The translations under genes were made by a program, and so were the position numbers. A stretch of 64,000 bases of DNA from an uncultured Solirubrobacterales bacterium (GTDB lineage Bacteria; Actinomycetota; Thermoleophilia; Solirubrobacterales; Solirubrobacteraceae), in the NCBI GenBank assembly GCA_963811445.1, contig CAWERP010000008.1, positions 2,087 to 66,086 on the forward strand, read 5' to 3'. A model generated the notes under the pieces. That model did not search any database and was not told the DNA's origin. It worked only from the letters and a program-made list of their open reading frames with translations. Shown one piece after another: positions 63,741 through 64,000 of the stretch (positions are counted from its first letter, which is position 1; the number at the start of each line of letters is the position of its first letter).

Positions 63741-64000
63741 AGCCGGGCTGACCGGGCGCACCCCGAGGTCGAGTTGGTATACGTCGGCGGGCCGAGTCCC
63801 GGCACCTTCAGGGGGCTGGCCGGGATGGCGGAGGGCCACGGCGGTTGGTGGAACGCCTGGGACGACTTCCGCGTCGCGGCCGACGAGTACCGCGAGCTTG
63901 ACGAAGAACGGGTCTTGGTGCTCGATCAGCCGCGCGGTCGTGGAAAGTCCAGCGGACTTGACGTCGGCCAGAAGGGAGCGACCCTGTTCCACATCCGCGA
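63678..64000 (+). CDS. NTF2/SnoaL-like family protein (partial, runs off the window)
   Basis: Manual translation from GTG 63678: VPGNFGERILDYGRDDDRSDFSRADRAHPEVELVYVGGPSPGTFRGLAGMAEGHGGWWNAWDDFRVAADEYRELDEERVLVLDQPRGRGKSSGLDVGQKGATLFHIR. The W..FR.E..E..D.GD.VVVL...RGRG..SG.EV pattern is typical of the family. Confidence 0.6.
   Translation, partial: MPGNFGERILDYGRDDDRSDFSRADRAHPEVELVYVGGPSPGTFRGLAGMAEGHGGWWNAWDDFRVAADEYRELDEERVLVLDQPRGRGKSSGLDVGQKGATLFHIR

Overview
Very GC-rich chromosomal window; codon third positions are almost all G/C. The gene content points to Actinomycetota: F420/LLM and PPOX-type enzymes, a class III mycothiol-type ADH, WS/DGAT acyltransferases, an LCP protein and a LipJ-like hydrolase-cyclase. 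I cannot fix the taxon from sequence alone. I support about 60 protein genes, 2 tRNAs, several gene remnants and a set of unusual repeats and palindromes.

Layout:
- 250-6060: a decayed integrative plasmid/prophage-like remnant (Xis-like HTH, AEP primase-polymerase, P-loop ATPase, all broken by frameshifts; no integrase). It ends next to divergent tRNA-Glu(CUC) and tRNA-Leu(CAG).
- 6.9-13.2 kb: cell-envelope genes (LCP, LPFTG anchor protein, GT4, acyl-CoA ligase).
- 14-20.7 kb: antiporter, arsR-arsM, a broken TauE gene, an NYN protein coupled to a hydrolase-cyclase, and thioredoxin-fold genes.
- 20.8-38.7 kb: mixed redox and detoxification genes, including a TetR-linked aldehyde/alcohol cluster.
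- 39.2-43 kb: WS/DGAT, alpha/beta hydrolase, WS/DGAT lipid island.
- 44.5-52.4 kb: SDR, thiolase, F420 and TPP enzymes.
- 52.6-59.4 kb: S8 protease and a sulfur/cysteine oxidation cluster.
- 59.7-62 kb: aquaporin and HD hydrolase.
- Right edge: a truncated tyrosine integrase abutting an NTF2-like gene.

Most unusual items:
1. 38727-39170: a 147-aa ORF made entirely of tandem repeats, 13 hexapeptide units plus a (Cys-x-x)8 ladder. It lies in frame directly behind the WS/DGAT stop codon.
2. 27592-31956: a translationally coupled trio of circularly permuted ATP-grasp, C26 gamma-glutamyl hydrolase and GCS2 carboxylate-amine ligase, with a divergent methyltransferase. The usual ATP-grasp partners are missing.
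3. 63170-63199: a perfect 30-bp palindrome beside the integrase remnant. 62021-62157: a 137-bp element closed by perfect 17-bp inverted repeats.
4. 6866-6894: a degenerate copy of the tRNA-Leu 3' end, about 470 bp downstream of the tRNA.

All functional calls come from motif recognition by eye. No database search was run.
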